NCBI GenBank assembly: GCA_963833985.1
Contig: CAWIAD010000001.1
Span: 704,001 to 768,000, forward strand
Source: an uncultured Planctomycetaceae bacterium
GTDB lineage: Bacteria > Planctomycetota > Planctomycetia > Isosphaerales > Isosphaeraceae
DNA: 64,000 bases
Direction: 5' to 3'
Below are positions 1 through 10,953 of the stretch, in pieces. Made by a program: the position numbers and the translations under genes. The stretch's first letter is position 1, and every line of letters starts with the position of its first letter. Below the pieces are notes generated by a model. It was not told where the DNA came from and did not search any database. It saw nothing but the letters and a program-made list of their open reading frames with translations.

Positions 1-389
1 CGCGCCGGTGGCACCCTCGAGCGCCAGGCGAAGCACCACCTGACCGCCATTGGAATGCCCGAGCAGGAACAGCGGCACGCCAGGCCGACGGCCGGCCGCC
101 CAGGCCACGGCCGAACGGAGGTCGTCGACCAGGTCCTCGTAGCGGCGGACCACCCCGCGCGGCCCGAGCTCTGCCCGTGGCCGCGAAAGTCGAGGGCGAC
201 GAAATCGATCTGGAGCGCGGGACCGATCGCCTCTGCAACCGGCGCATAGGCGCCGCTGTGCTCGCCCAGGCCGTGCGCCACCACCACCATGCCGCGGGGC
301 CGCGGGACGGACCACCAGCGGGCTTTCAGGTGCACTCCGCCATGCGACGGCAACGAGAACTGACTGACATCGCCGTGTGAAACCGACAT
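1..389 (-). CDS. Alpha/beta hydrolase (lysophospholipase/Hydrolase_4-like), runs off window edge
   Basis: Read manually from ATG at 389: MSVSHGD...VVVAHGLGEHSGAY...LDFRGHGQS...LFLLGHSNGG; HGxGEH, DxRGHG and GxSxG motifs. Confidence 0.88.
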   Translation of the reverse strand, partial: MSVSHGDVSQFSLPSHGGVHLKARWWSVPRPRGMVVVAHGLGEHSGAYAPVAEAIGPALQIDFVALDFRGHGQSSGRAGWSAATRTWSTTSVRPWPGRPAVGLACRCSCSGIPMAVRWCFAWRSRVPPA

Positions 390-780
390 GGCGTCCCCCC
401 ATCTCGTTCTCAACGCCTAACAGGCCGGATTCGCCGGCCGGGTCAATCTAGCAGAGCCAGCCCGTGGCGCGTGAGAGCAGTTTCCGGGACAGGTCCCTCC
501 CCCTCTGCTACGCCGACACGGTCCGGGGTTTTACGCAGCGTGCGCAGGGTTCGTCTTTTGGCCCCCCCCATAATGAGTGGAATTTCATGAAATTTCCATA
601 ATGCCAAACAAGGCAAATCCCTAGGTCAACCGCTGGAGCTTCTCCCGCCGTCGACATCTCCTTGACGAAGCGCCCGCGAACGGGTTGTATTACTGATGGG
701 GCGAGTTGTCTTCCAAGGAGTCAGAGGCACCGTGAATGCAGCGTCCCATCGGCCTGGCCCTCGTGCGCAAGGAGGATTCG

Positions 781-1188
781 GTGACTCCCGTGCCTCCAGG
801 CGATCCTGGGAAGCCAACCAACTCTGCGAGTCGCTCCCGGATCCTGATTGTTGACGACAACAAGGACCTGGCAACCAGCCTGGCCCGGCTGCTGGGCCTG
901 CTGGGACATGAGGTTCACGTGGTCTTCGACGGTCGCAAGGGGATCGAGGCGGCGCGGTCGTTCCGCCCCCGGGTGCTCCTGCTGGATATCGGCCTGCCTC
1001 TGGTGGACGGCTACCAGGTGGCCAGGACGCTCCGCGAGGACGGTTTTGACGACGTGCTGATCATCGCGCTCTCCGGATATGGCCAGGAAGAAGACCGGCG
1101 CAGGTCGCGTGAGGCCGGCATGAACCACCACGTCACCAAGCCGGTCGACGTCAAGACGATCTCCGATCTGATTGCCGGGCACGAGTAA
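781..1188 (+). CDS. Stand-alone response regulator receiver (CheY-like)
   Basis: ILIVDD, LLDIGLP, ALSG, TKP motifs; AGGAGG at 770-775 precedes GTG 781. Confidence 0.9.
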   Translation: MTPVPPGDPGKPTNSASRSRILIVDDNKDLATSLARLLGLLGHEVHVVFDGRKGIEAARSFRPRVLLLDIGLPLVDGYQVARTLREDGFDDVLIIALSGYGQEEDRRRSREAGMNHHVTKPVDVKTISDLIAGHE

Positions 1189-1476
1189 GGGCGAAGCTCG
1201 CCCCGCCCATCGAGACCACGATCCCGAGCGTCACGCAATCGGTCTCGAGGGACGGTTCGTTTCTCCGGCCGCTCTGCCGCACCCGCAACCAGGCGTTCTT
1301 CTCAGAGTGCTCCCTTTCGCATCCTGCTGACAAACCGGATAAATGAATCAGCACGTTGCGGCTGATGAGCCCGGAGAGTCAGGGCAGCTTCCGGTTCGCT
1401 GCACGTGAAACGTTCTTACCGGTCGTCGTGGCGTAACCTCCCCGCTCCATCCGGCACGACACGAAGGAACCCATTC

Positions 1477-3210
1477 ATGTGGAAAGGCACTTGGCGGACT
1501 CCCGCATCCCACCAATGGACGATCCGGGCAGTACGGCGTCCACGAAGACCTTGCGCGCATGAGCCCGCCGTCGATGCGCTCGAGGTACGCCAGCTTTTGA
1601 CCGCGGCGCTTGCACCCATTCCGAACCTGAGCGTCCCTTCCTTGCTCGGTGCTCAGGTCTCGCTGGACGGCAGCGGAAGCGGCGACCCGAGCCAGACCTT
1701 CACCGCGTCGTCCAGCAATCCCGATATCCAGGTCTCGGTGGCACAGGGAACATTCTGGACGATCACTGTTTCTCATTCTCCCGCCAACGTCAGCGACGTG
1801 ACGATCAACAACGAATCGATGACGTTCCAGCTTTTCGGCGACCTGACCCCGCTTACCGTCGCCCGCATCACCACGCTTACCAACGATCACTATTTCACGA
1901 CCGCGACCCTGCCTGGTTCCGTTCCGGCCGGCCCCGGGAAGTACATCCCGCGCATCACGTCGGACGCCTCGACCGGGTTCAGTGTCATCCAGGGCGGCTC
2001 GGGGAGCCCCACCAGCACGGCCTCATCCAGCGGTCTGCCGCCGATCGCGACGGAGCCGGTGCAGCAGCTCGCTTTCACGGGCGTGTACCAGATCGGCATG
2101 GCCAACACCGGGCAGCCGAATAGCACCGACGCCCAGTTCTTCATCAGCACGGGGACGTTCACGCCGGCCATCCAGCAGACCTTGGACTTCAATTACACGA
2201 TCTTCGGTCAGCTTGTCTCGGGTCAACAAACGCTGGCCGACCTCTCGCATGTGGCCGTGCAGACCAATTCGTTCGGAGAGCTCTCGCAACCGATCACGCC
2301 GGTGACAATTGCTGCCGTCACGCTGTCTTCCACAAGCCCCAGCGGCGTCCTTCATATCGATGCCACCCAGGCCAGGGCCGGGGAAACGGCCACGGTCACG
2401 GTGACGGCCAAGGACCCGACCGACGGTACCCAGGTCACCCGTACGTTCGATGTCGCGGTGGGTTCGTACAATGGTCCAGCAGATCCGGCCATCAACTTCC
2501 GGCCGTTCGCCAGTCCGGTCACCGTCACGACCAGCGAGAACCAGGCAGGCTCGGTGCATCTGGCCGGCCAGAGCGGGTACCCGGATCCGAGCCAACCGGG
2601 AACGCTCAGCTATACGATTCTCACGCAGCCCGCGCACGGCACGCTCAGCCAGTTCGATGCGGCGACCGGTCGCCTGGTTTACACGCCCGACCCGGACTAT
2701 TCCGGCACAGACTCCTTCGAGTATCAGGTGACTGCCACGGGTCCGCTTGCGGCACCCGCGACAACCGTCAGCAATCCCGCGGTGGTGACGATTGCGGTCC
2801 AGCCGGCGGCGGTGTTCCCGGTCGCGGTGACCGGCGTGAGCGACGTCGTCAATGCCCGCAACCTGGTCACGCAGATCACGGTCGATTTCAGTGGTCCACT
2901 CAATGCCTCGCAGGCGGTGAAGCGGTGCTACTATCGCCTGGCGATCGCAAGCCCCTCCGGCTCTTTTAGTGGGAAGTACGCTCGGGTGGTTCTCCTGAGG
3001 AAGCCCGTTTACAGCGCCGGCGGATACGTGGTGACGCTCCGGCCAGGCAGGCCGTTTACGCTTGCACGGCCGGTGCAGCTATTGATTCGCGGCAACCCGC
3101 CGCACGCCTTGAGGGACAGCCGTGGTGTACCGATCGATGGCAACCACGATGGCAAGCCGGGTGGCAACGCGATCGTCGTCCTTTCCAGCTCGGGAGCGAC
3201 CATCGGATGA
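1477..3210 (+). CDS. Extracellular cyclophilin-type peptidylprolyl isomerase domain protein with Ig/cadherin-like repeat
   Basis: Planctomycete LEVRQLL motif; VIQGG, GMANTG, AQFFI, YTIFGQ cyclophilin motifs; PAHGTL...YTPDPDYSGTDSFEY Big_9-like repeat; start uncertain (ORF from 1405). Confidence 0.8.
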   Translation: MWKGTWRTPASHQWTIRAVRRPRRPCAHEPAVDALEVRQLLTAALAPIPNLSVPSLLGAQVSLDGSGSGDPSQTFTASSSNPDIQVSVAQGTFWTITVSHSPANVSDVTINNESMTFQLFGDLTPLTVARITTLTNDHYFTTATLPGSVPAGPGKYIPRITSDASTGFSVIQGGSGSPTSTASSSGLPPIATEPVQQLAFTGVYQIGMANTGQPNSTDAQFFISTGTFTPAIQQTLDFNYTIFGQLVSGQQTLADLSHVAVQTNSFGELSQPITPVTIAAVTLSSTSPSGVLHIDATQARAGETATVTVTAKDPTDGTQVTRTFDVAVGSYNGPADPAINFRPFASPVTVTTSENQAGSVHLAGQSGYPDPSQPGTLSYTILTQPAHGTLSQFDAATGRLVYTPDPDYSGTDSFEYQVTATGPLAAPATTVSNPAVVTIAVQPAAVFPVAVTGVSDVVNARNLVTQITVDFSGPLNASQAVKRCYYRLAIASPSGSFSGKYARVVLLRKPVYSAGGYVVTLRPGRPFTLARPVQLLIRGNPPHALRDSRGVPIDGNHDGKPGGNAIVVLSSSGATIG

Positions 3211-3320
3211 GCTCCAGGCCGGTGCGCGGAGACCATGACGGCGAAGTGCGCGGGTATGCCGATGCGCCGCCGGAGCGCACACGACCCGTTCGTCGGTCGT
3301 GTTTCGCCGCGAGCAAGCCC

Positions 3321-5240
3321 ATGAGGGTCTCGGCGAGAACAACTTTTGTAGTGCGACTGCTTCTGGTCGGGGCGATCTGGCCGGTGTGGGGTTGCGGCCC
3401 AGCGGGAGAAGAGTTGACCCGAGATCGCACCGGAAGCGTGTCGAGCGCCCGCACCGGCGACTCGCCCCCATCGCCGGGGCTGGACCGCTCGCCCGGGGAA
3501 CTCCGGCCTAGGATCTTGGGCGACCGGCAGGGGGACGCCGCGAGCGAGCCGCAAACGCTCTCGGACCAGGCCCAGTCCAGCCCGTTCCGCTTCACCGACG
3601 TCGTCAAGGAGTCGGGGATCGTGTTCGAACATTTCTCGGGCATGACCGCGGAGAAGCACTTCCCGACCGCCAACGGCTCGGGCGTGGCGATGTTCGATTA
3701 CGACAACGACGGCCGGCTGGATCTCTACTTCGCCACGGCCACCCGGCTTCCGCCGGGAAGCGCCCGGAGCGGCCCCAACCGGTTGTTCAGGAACCTTGGA
3801 GGCAACCGGTTCAAGGATGTGACCGAGGCCGCGGGAGTGGGTTTTCGCGGCTTCTGCCACGGCATCATCGTCGGCGATCTGGATAACGACGGCGACGCCG
3901 ATCTGTTTCTCTGCAACTACGGCCCGAACGTGCTGTACGAAAACCGGGGGGACGGAACCTTTCGCGATATCAGCAAGGCCGCGGGAATCGACCGCCCGAA
4001 CTGGTCCACGGGCGGAGCGCTGCTCGACTATGACAATGACGGTGATCTCGACCTGTACATCGCCAATTACGGAGACTGGAAACTTCCCGAGGATGACCAG
4101 TTCTGCGGCCAGCTCGAACCCAGGAGGGTCCGGCTCTACTGTTCTCCGAATTTCATTCGGCCCACGAAGCACCTGCTGTACCGGAACAATGGCGATCTCA
4201 CCTTCACGGACGTGTATGACCGGGTGATCAGGAGCATCGATCCTGAAACCAGGAAGCCACGGCCCAGGACCGACGGCCGCGGCTTCGCCGCCGTCACGGC
4301 CGATCTCAACAGCGACGGCCTGATCGATATCTATGTTGTCAATGATATGTGTCCCAATTTCCTGTTCCTGAACCGCGGCGACGGTACGTTCGACGATGCG
4401 ACCGAGTCGTCGGGTGCGGCCTATGATGAACGCGGGCAACCGCAGTCCGGCATGGGTGTGGATGCCGAGGACGTGAACGGCGACGGTCTGCCCGACCTCT
4501 TCGTGTCCAACTTCAGCAACGAGTACAACACGCTTCACCTGAATGTCGTCCGCGGGCTGTTCATGGATGCAACTTCGTTCTTCGGGCTGGCCGCCGACAC
4601 GATGCCCTTCGTCGGCTGGGGCACAGCGCTGGCCGATCTCGACAACGACGGCTGGCCGGACAACTTCGTCGCCAACGGCCATGTCGACGACAACCGACAG
4701 GAACTGGGGCAGCCTTACCCGTACGCGGAACCGCCGCTTTTGTTCGTGAACCTGGAGGGGAAGCGATTTCGCCTGGCGACTCGTGATGCCGGTCCGTATT
4801 TCGAGACCGGACACGTCGGCCAGGGCGCAGCCTTCGGAGACCTGGACAACGACGGCGATATCGATATCGTGATCAACCATAAGGACGCGGCGCCGGCCCT
4901 GTTGCGTAACGACACAAGGTCGGAGAATCGCTGGATCCGCCTCGATCTCGAGGGCGCACTCAGCAACCGCGACGCGGTCGGCGCCCGCGTGGAGCTTGAG
5001 GCAGGTGGGCGGACGATCTTCCGCCAGCGGAAAGGCGGGTATAGCCTGGAATCGTCAAACGACCCCCGCCTCCTGATCGGAGTCGGCCGTACATCGACTG
5101 TCGATCATGTAAAGGTACGCTGGCCCTCGGGGCAACAGAGCGTGCTCGACCATCTCGGAACGAATCGATCCTACAAGATTGTCGAACCGGGGCGGAGCAA
5201 CGCCGCGGGGGTGAAAAAGCCAGGCAGCAACACCCCGTGA
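3321..5240 (+). CDS. CRTAC1 family FG-GAP repeat protein with C-terminal ASPIC/UnbV domain, probable lipoprotein
   Basis: Multiple DxDNDGxxD repeats; NRDAVGARV...VRWPSG ASPIC/UnbV end; signal ending VWGC; ORF open from 3207. Confidence 0.92.
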   Translation: MRVSARTTFVVRLLLVGAIWPVWGCGPAGEELTRDRTGSVSSARTGDSPPSPGLDRSPGELRPRILGDRQGDAASEPQTLSDQAQSSPFRFTDVVKESGIVFEHFSGMTAEKHFPTANGSGVAMFDYDNDGRLDLYFATATRLPPGSARSGPNRLFRNLGGNRFKDVTEAAGVGFRGFCHGIIVGDLDNDGDADLFLCNYGPNVLYENRGDGTFRDISKAAGIDRPNWSTGGALLDYDNDGDLDLYIANYGDWKLPEDDQFCGQLEPRRVRLYCSPNFIRPTKHLLYRNNGDLTFTDVYDRVIRSIDPETRKPRPRTDGRGFAAVTADLNSDGLIDIYVVNDMCPNFLFLNRGDGTFDDATESSGAAYDERGQPQSGMGVDAEDVNGDGLPDLFVSNFSNEYNTLHLNVVRGLFMDATSFFGLAADTMPFVGWGTALADLDNDGWPDNFVANGHVDDNRQELGQPYPYAEPPLLFVNLEGKRFRLATRDAGPYFETGHVGQGAAFGDLDNDGDIDIVINHKDAAPALLRNDTRSENRWIRLDLEGALSNRDAVGARVELEAGGRTIFRQRKGGYSLESSNDPRLLIGVGRTSTVDHVKVRWPSGQQSVLDHLGTNRSYKIVEPGRSNAAGVKKPGSNTP

Positions 5241-5255
5241 GGTGCAGCCAGATCC

Positions 5256-6483
5256 ATGCGCGATGAGAACACGAGGCCGGGCCGTCGCAGAAGGTGGGCG
5301 TGGTGGATCGCACTTGCACTCGCGGCCGCGGCACTCGGCATGATGGTCGCCTGGGAGGGCTGGACACGGCAGGCTGTGAACCCGGACCAGATCCGCCGCG
5401 AGGTCGAGACCAGCCTGCGATCGGGACGGCCCGAACAGGCCTGGGCGCAGATCGCGAAGCTCAGGAAACCGACGCCGGACGACCTCTTGCTGCGCGCCCA
5501 GGCGGCCATGGCGCTGCGCCGGCCGGACCAGGCGCTCGCCGATCTGGCCCACATTCCGGATGCCAGCCCGCTGGCCGCCCAGGCGCGGTTGCTGGAGGGG
5601 CAGATCGAGCTCCCGCAGAGACCGCGTGCGGATCGCGGAGAAAACGCTGCGGAAGGCGCTCGAGCTGGACCCCAGGCTTGTGAACGCGCACAAGCAACTG
5701 ATCTACATTTACGGCATGCTGCTCCGACGTCGCGAGCTCGACGACCATTTCCAGGCGCTCGCCCGGCTGGTTCCCCTGAGCTTCGACAACGTGTTCCACT
5801 GGTGCCTGACACGCAACACGGTCTGGGAGCCGCACGAGCGGCTCGTCGACCTGAAACGCTTCGTGGTGGCGGACCCGGACGATCGCGGGTCGCGAGTCGC
5901 CCTTGCGGAGACCCTGCGCCAGGTCGGCAGGCGCGAAGAAGCCCTGAGCGTGGTCTCGATGCTTCCCGAGGCCGATCCGGAAGCCTGCGCGGTGCGTGCC
6001 AGAATCGCGCTGGACCGTGGCGATGAGCAAGGCTTCAAGGCGATCCTTCGCGCCGCACCCGCTGACCACCCGGAACTGGCGTTGCTCGCCGGCCGTTTCG
6101 CCCTGGCGCACCAGGATGGGAAAGCGGCCGTCGAGCGGCTTCGCGCCGCGCTCGCCGGGAGTCCGGATGATCGAGACGTGCTCTTCGGCCTGGGAACGGC
6201 GCTCGCGCTGACGGGCGACCACGCCGCAGCCGCGCCGTTCCTGCGTGCCTCGAAGGGCTACGACGATCTCGGCGGCGCTCATGACCCGGGCCGCCAACCC
6301 CGCCAACCATAGGGACCCTGCGCTCTGCGCGCTCTGGGAGCGGCGTGCGAGGCGGTCCGCCACTTTCCCGAGGCGCGCGCGTGGTACGTGCTGGCGCTGG
6401 AGATCGACCCGCTCGATGCCGTGGCGCAAAAGGCTCTCTTCAGGATGAACTCCCGGGAGACTCCACCTTCACCGGACGGTTAG
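5256..6483 (+). CDS. Tetratricopeptide repeat protein with N-terminal membrane anchor (frameshifted, probably sequencing error)
   Basis: TPR-like helices continue across frames at ~5612, ~6270 and ~6330 (LRKALELDP...; EARAWYVLALEIDP); TAG at 6481-6483. Confidence 0.7.
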
Positions 6484-6522
6484 CCGGTGATCGACAGGGC
6501 ATCGAGACCAGCCGAGCGGCGC

Positions 6523-6759
6523 CTACCGGGCACCCGGCTTTGCGGGCGTAGTCTTTTTGGCTGGCTTCTCCGGCTCCGGAATGCCATCCCGGGCACGAGC
6601 TTCTTTCAGGACGTCGTCGGGCGTCTTGAGCTCGGCGCCACTTCCGGCCCGCTCCATGTCCGTCGACTCCCCGCAGCCGGGCGCGGCCAGCGAGATGGTG
6701 AAAAACAGCAGCCACGAACTCAGCAGGTAGGCCCAGGGGCCGCGATGCAGCTCTCTCAT
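6523..6759 (-). CDS. Small putative lipoprotein
   Basis: MRELHRG...LLFFTISLAAPGC hydrophobic signal with Cys; position downstream of DUF1559 gene is typical. Confidence 0.55.
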   Translation of the reverse strand: MRELHRGPWAYLLSSWLLFFTISLAAPGCGESTDMERAGSGAELKTPDDVLKEARARDGIPEPEKPAKKTTPAKPGAR

Positions 6760-6960
6760 TCCGATCCTCTTGGGTGGTGTCGTAAAAACAGTAGACGAGA
6801 CGGCTGTACGAGTGATGGCCCGCGGCGAGGTCGCCGCGAACGATCCCCGGTTGAAACAAGGCGATGCGCGTTCCGGCGGGCCGGGTCGATAAGCCATCGG
6901 CGCTCGATGAGCTTTCGGCCGGTCCGCCGGTGGATGCATCGTGGATTACCGCCGCACGGC

Positions 6961-8055
6961 TCAGTAGCTGTCCGAGGAGATGATCTCGCCGTTGTCTCGG
7001 GTACCCAGCGACCACCACGTCGACATGTTGATGGAATTCTTGATGAAGCGTACGCTACCATCGGCCATCAGGGTGTTCACGCCGCCGGGGTGGTTGCTGG
7101 AGGCATTGGCGAATGTGGCCTCGTCGGGCCAGCCACCACCCTGGTCACGGCAGTCGCCCCAAGGGAATTGCTGCGAGTTCGGCGGCACAATGGTGTTGAA
7201 CCACGTCATCCCGTTGGCGCCCACCTCAAAATAAATGCCGCGCCAGGGGTTATTCGACCACGGTGACGTGGCACCGCTGTAAAAGCACGTATTGCAGGCC
7301 TGGAGTGCGGTCATGATGGCAGCCGTGTTCATGTTGGCGTCGTACATGTTGGCCGCGATCAGCGTGCCGTGAGAGCAGTTCATCGGCGACATGCCGCGGT
7401 ATGTGCCGGTTGACATTCCCGGAATGCCCACAAGCGCCTCGGAGAACGCGATCGTATTGGACGTGCCGTCGTGCACGTCCTGGATGCCGTACACCACATA
7501 GTAAAAGAACAGGCCGTTGCTCCCGGTCGATGAGTTGACCTGCGGGGTCATCGTCGTGGTGCCCTGAGACGCCACATAGCTGTTGTCATTGCTGGAGTTG
7601 TTGTTGTTCAGGTTCGCCGAGCCGACTCCCGCCCAGTTGTCCGATGGGCAGAGAAACCCCTTGATCCTGGAGAGCGTGACGGTGCTGTTCATCCAGAAAT
7701 TGATGCCTTCATTGTTGCCCACCATGAAATTGCATGCATTGTACGTCGTGGACATCTCCATGTAGGGGAGCATGAGGATGTGGCAGCTCCAGTTGTCCCA
7801 CTGGAAATTGTTGTTCCGGGTGGAATTCGTGGAAACGATGTATTCCGAGGCACCAAGCGGAAACGAATTGATTGCGGACTGGTAGTTGTGCAGGGCCAGA
7901 CCGATCTGCTTGAGGTTATTAGTGCACTGAGCTCTGCGGGCGGCCTCGCGCGCCGACTGCACGGCCGGTAAGAGGAGGGAGATAAGAACAGCGATGATTG
8001 CGATCACCACCAAGAGCTCGATGAGCGTGAAGGCACGGGGATACCTCAGTCGCAT
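6961..8055 (-). CDS. DUF1559 family prepilin-type N-terminal cleavage/H-X9-DG protein
   Basis: [14 protein letters not shown]...[25 protein letters not shown]-terminal [14 protein letters not shown]. Confidence 0.96.
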   Translation of the reverse strand: MRLRYPRAFTLIELLVVIAIIAVLISLLLPAVQSAREAARRAQCTNNLKQIGLALHNYQSAINSFPLGASEYIVSTNSTRNNNFQWDNWSCHILMLPYMEMSTTYNACNFMVGNNEGINFWMNSTVTLSRIKGFLCPSDNWAGVGSANLNNNNSSNDNSYVASQGTTTMTPQVNSSTGSNGLFFYYVVYGIQDVHDGTSNTIAFSEALVGIPGMSTGTYRGMSPMNCSHGTLIAANMYDANMNTAAIMTALQACNTCFYSGATSPWSNNPWRGIYFEVGANGMTWFNTIVPPNSQQFPWGDCRDQGGGWPDEATFANASSNHPGGVNTLMADGSVRFIKNSINMSTWWSLGTRDNGEIISSDSY

Positions 8056-8363
8056 GGCCGGCGTCTCCTTGTTGATGGGCAGAGTGAATCTCGCGACATT
8101 CTGACCGAACGCCGCTTCCGTAGAGGTGACGGGGCTCATTGTGACATGCGCCGATCTGTGGTCAACAAAAAAATCAAAAATTTTGGCCAGAGATGGCATG
8201 ACGGAGTGCAGAATTCGCAGTCAGGGAGCGGAAGGCCCGGGTCAGGGATGTACCTCAGACCCGGGGTCGCTGGCGAATCGTCCAGAAAGGCACTCGGTCG
8301 CTCTATCGACCGGGCTGTGCGGGCGGCCATGCAGTACATGCCGGATGCGTGGGAACGCGGCGG

Positions 8364-9380
8364 TCAGGTTGTGAAGCCGTGCTGCTTGCGGTGCGCCGTG
8401 CCGTCAAAGTACTGTGTGGTTTTGAAAAGCTCGAACCGCCCGTCGCCGGCAATGGCCTGGAACCGGGCCTCGAGCGCAGTCATTTCATCACGGCTCATGG
8501 GCTGGAATTCGCGTGCGATCTTGAGGTTCTGATCGAGGATCCGTTCCGAGTCGATCCCGCACACCAGGGTGGTGATGGGAAGAGAGAATACATAACGCAA
8601 GGCGTCCTCGACAGGGATGCCCGCCGCCGTCACGAGGCCGCCACGGCCGCCGAGGCTCTTCATGCCGATGGGAGCAATGCCGCGGCGGTTGACCTCCGAC
8701 AGCAGCTCGCGCTGAAAGCTGCGGAACTGGCTGTCCAGCACGTTCAGCGGCATCTGCACGCTCACCCACTCGAAGGGTTTTGCCAGCATCTTCTTGTGGA
8801 TCTCGGGATGCTTGTGCCCGGTGAAGCCAATGTAGCGGACCTTCCCTTGTTCCCTGGCCTTCAGCGCAAACTCGAGGGCTCCGCCGGAGGCGAAGATCCA
8901 GTCGGGGTCGTTATCGTAATTGATCTCGTGGAACTGCCAGAGATCGAGGTGGTCGGTCTGCAAGCGCCTGAGGCTGTCCTCGAGGTTGGACTGGGCGTCC
9001 CTGGCCGTACGCCCGCAGCACTTGGTCATGAGGAAGACCTTGTCGCGCCGGCCGCCCTGGGAGAGGGCCTTCCCCATACGGTCCTCGGCCTTGCCGTCCA
9101 TGTAGTCCCAGGCGTTGTCCATGAAGGTGATGCCCTCGTCCACGGCGCGCTGGATCAGCCGCACGCTTTCGGCTTCAGGCTCGGGGACGGCGGCGTGATA
9201 GCCGCCCAGGCCCATCATTGTCACCTTCTCGTTCGTCCGCCCCAGCGGGCGGAGGGGTATACCGCCGGGGCTCCGGTCCTGCGCAGCGTGCGCCGGAACC
9301 GCCAGCGACGCCACGGCCAGACCAGCCGCGCCGGCCTGGAGAAATGTGCGTCGATCAAGGCTCGGGGTCGGTTGCGTCAT
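8364..9380 (-). CDS. Aldo/keto reductase with Tat signal peptide
   Basis: DRRTFL twin-arginine motif; LGRT, FMDNAWDY, FLMTK, SLRRLQTDHLDLWQFH, IGFTGH. Confidence 0.93.
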   Translation of the reverse strand: MTQPTPSLDRRTFLQAGAAGLAVASLAVPAHAAQDRSPGGIPLRPLGRTNEKVTMMGLGGYHAAVPEPEAESVRLIQRAVDEGITFMDNAWDYMDGKAEDRMGKALSQGGRRDKVFLMTKCCGRTARDAQSNLEDSLRRLQTDHLDLWQFHEINYDNDPDWIFASGGALEFALKAREQGKVRYIGFTGHKHPEIHKKMLAKPFEWVSVQMPLNVLDSQFRSFQRELLSEVNRRGIAPIGMKSLGGRGGLVTAAGIPVEDALRYVFSLPITTLVCGIDSERILDQNLKIAREFQPMSRDEMTALEARFQAIAGDGRFELFKTTQYFDGTAHRKQHGFTT

Positions 9381-9523
9381 CGTTCGCTCCTCCAGCAGTT
9401 CGGGAAACGTCGCAACGGGAAGACCGGCGATCTGGCCTGATGGTACCCCCCTGCAAACTGGAAAACACCTTGGTACTTGCGGGTGGGTCCATTTCCTCGT
9501 GCGACGGGTTCCACGCCCGCACG

Positions 9524-10552
9524 TCAGACGGCCTTCATGTCCGTGTCGAAACCGTGCTGCTTGCGATGCACGGGTCCGTCATAGTGTTTCGAGCTCTTGA
9601 GGAGCTCGAACCGGCCGTCGCCGGCGAGGCTCAATGAGGCCGACTCGATGCGCTCCTTCTCCTCCTGGGAGACCGGCCGGAATTCGCGGACGACCTTCAG
9701 GTTCTGCTCGAGAACGCGCTCCGAGTCGATCCCCGAGACAAGGGTGGCGATGGGCAGCGACAGCGCATAGCGCAAGGCATCCTCCACCGGAATCCCGGCC
9801 TCGCTGACGATCTTGCCGGCGCCGCCCAGGCTCTTCATGCCGATGGGCGCGATCCCCCGGTTCACCAGCTCGGGGAGGACGCGATGCTGGAAGCTGCGGA
9901 AGTGAGCGTCCATCACGTTCAGCGGCATCTGCACGCTGGTCCAGTCGTAGGGCTTGCCGAGCATCTTCAGGTGGATCGACGGGTCCTTGTGGCCCGTGAA
10001 CCCCAGGAAGCGGACCTTGCCCTCCTTGAGCGCCCGGAGGCCTGTATGGATGGCCCCGTTCTCGGCGAAGATCCAGTCCGGGTCGTTGTCGTAGACGATC
10101 TCGTGGAACTGCCAGAGGTCGATATGATCAGTCCTCAGCCGGCGCAGGCTGTCCTCCAGGTTCGACTGGGCTTCCCGGGCCGTGCGGCCGCAGACCTTGG
10201 TCATGAGGAAGACCTTGTCGCGCCGGCCGTTCTCGGCAAGGGCCTTGCCCATCCGCTCCTCGGCGATGCCATCATGGTAGTCCCAGCAGTTGTCCATGAA
10301 GTGGATGCCCTCGTCCACGGCGCGCTGTATCAACCGGATGCTCTCGCTCTCGTCCTCGTGCTTCGTGCTGTGGTGCCCGCCAAGGGCGATCATCGTGACC
10401 TTCAGCCCGGTGCGGCCCAGCGGCCGTAACGGGATACCGGCATCATTCTTCTCATCCCCCTTCGCTGCACCCATCAGCGACCCGGCCGTCACGGCGGCCG
10501 CCCCCGTCTGGAGAAAGTCGCGGCGAGTGGGTTTCGGGCTGTTCTCGTTCAT
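9524..10552 (-). CDS. Aldo/keto reductase with Tat signal peptide (tandem paralog)
   Basis: TRRDFL; FMDNCWDY, SLRRLRTDHIDLWQFH; colinear with 8364-9380. Confidence 0.93.
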   Translation of the reverse strand: MNENSPKPTRRDFLQTGAAAVTAGSLMGAAKGDEKNDAGIPLRPLGRTGLKVTMIALGGHHSTKHEDESESIRLIQRAVDEGIHFMDNCWDYHDGIAEERMGKALAENGRRDKVFLMTKVCGRTAREAQSNLEDSLRRLRTDHIDLWQFHEIVYDNDPDWIFAENGAIHTGLRALKEGKVRFLGFTGHKDPSIHLKMLGKPYDWTSVQMPLNVMDAHFRSFQHRVLPELVNRGIAPIGMKSLGGAGKIVSEAGIPVEDALRYALSLPIATLVSGIDSERVLEQNLKVVREFRPVSQEEKERIESASLSLAGDGRFELLKSSKHYDGPVHRKQHGFDTDMKAV

Positions 10553-10953
10553 CGTGGAAAACTCCGTTGCTGCCGACCTGGTCGTCTCGGGACGGAAGCC
10601 CGCTCCCGTGGTACGCTCGCTTCAAGATCGCTCGTCCGCTCGCTGCCGGTGCCCGGATTCGTCCCTGGACCAGGTCCATGAGCGAACGCGAGGCAAGCAG
10701 CCATTTTGAGCGAAAACCGTGCCGAGTCCCGGGATCGACAGCACCCGGGGCAGCCGTGAGGGCAAGAGCGCAGGGTGCACGCTCTGCGCGGGAGCACCAG
10801 GGCTGTGCCGCGTCCCGCTTCACACCAGCAAGGAGGAAGGGGCTCGGGCATGGCAAGCCCGGGCCGACGGAGTATATTGAGAGGTCTCCATCCATTGGTG
10901 AACCAATCCGCCAGTCTCTTGACGCCTCTCCGGCCAGGGATTCATAACTGATC

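Noticed and set aside
605..640. GGCAAATCC resembling the start of a c-di-GMP-I riboswitch
   Set aside because: GNRA loop, GACGCAAA and second stem are absent.
3009..4880. 623-aa antisense ORF and many other long shadow ORFs (e.g. 23371-24930, 12663-13982)
   Set aside because: They lie opposite well-supported genes; expected in high-GC DNA; no motifs.
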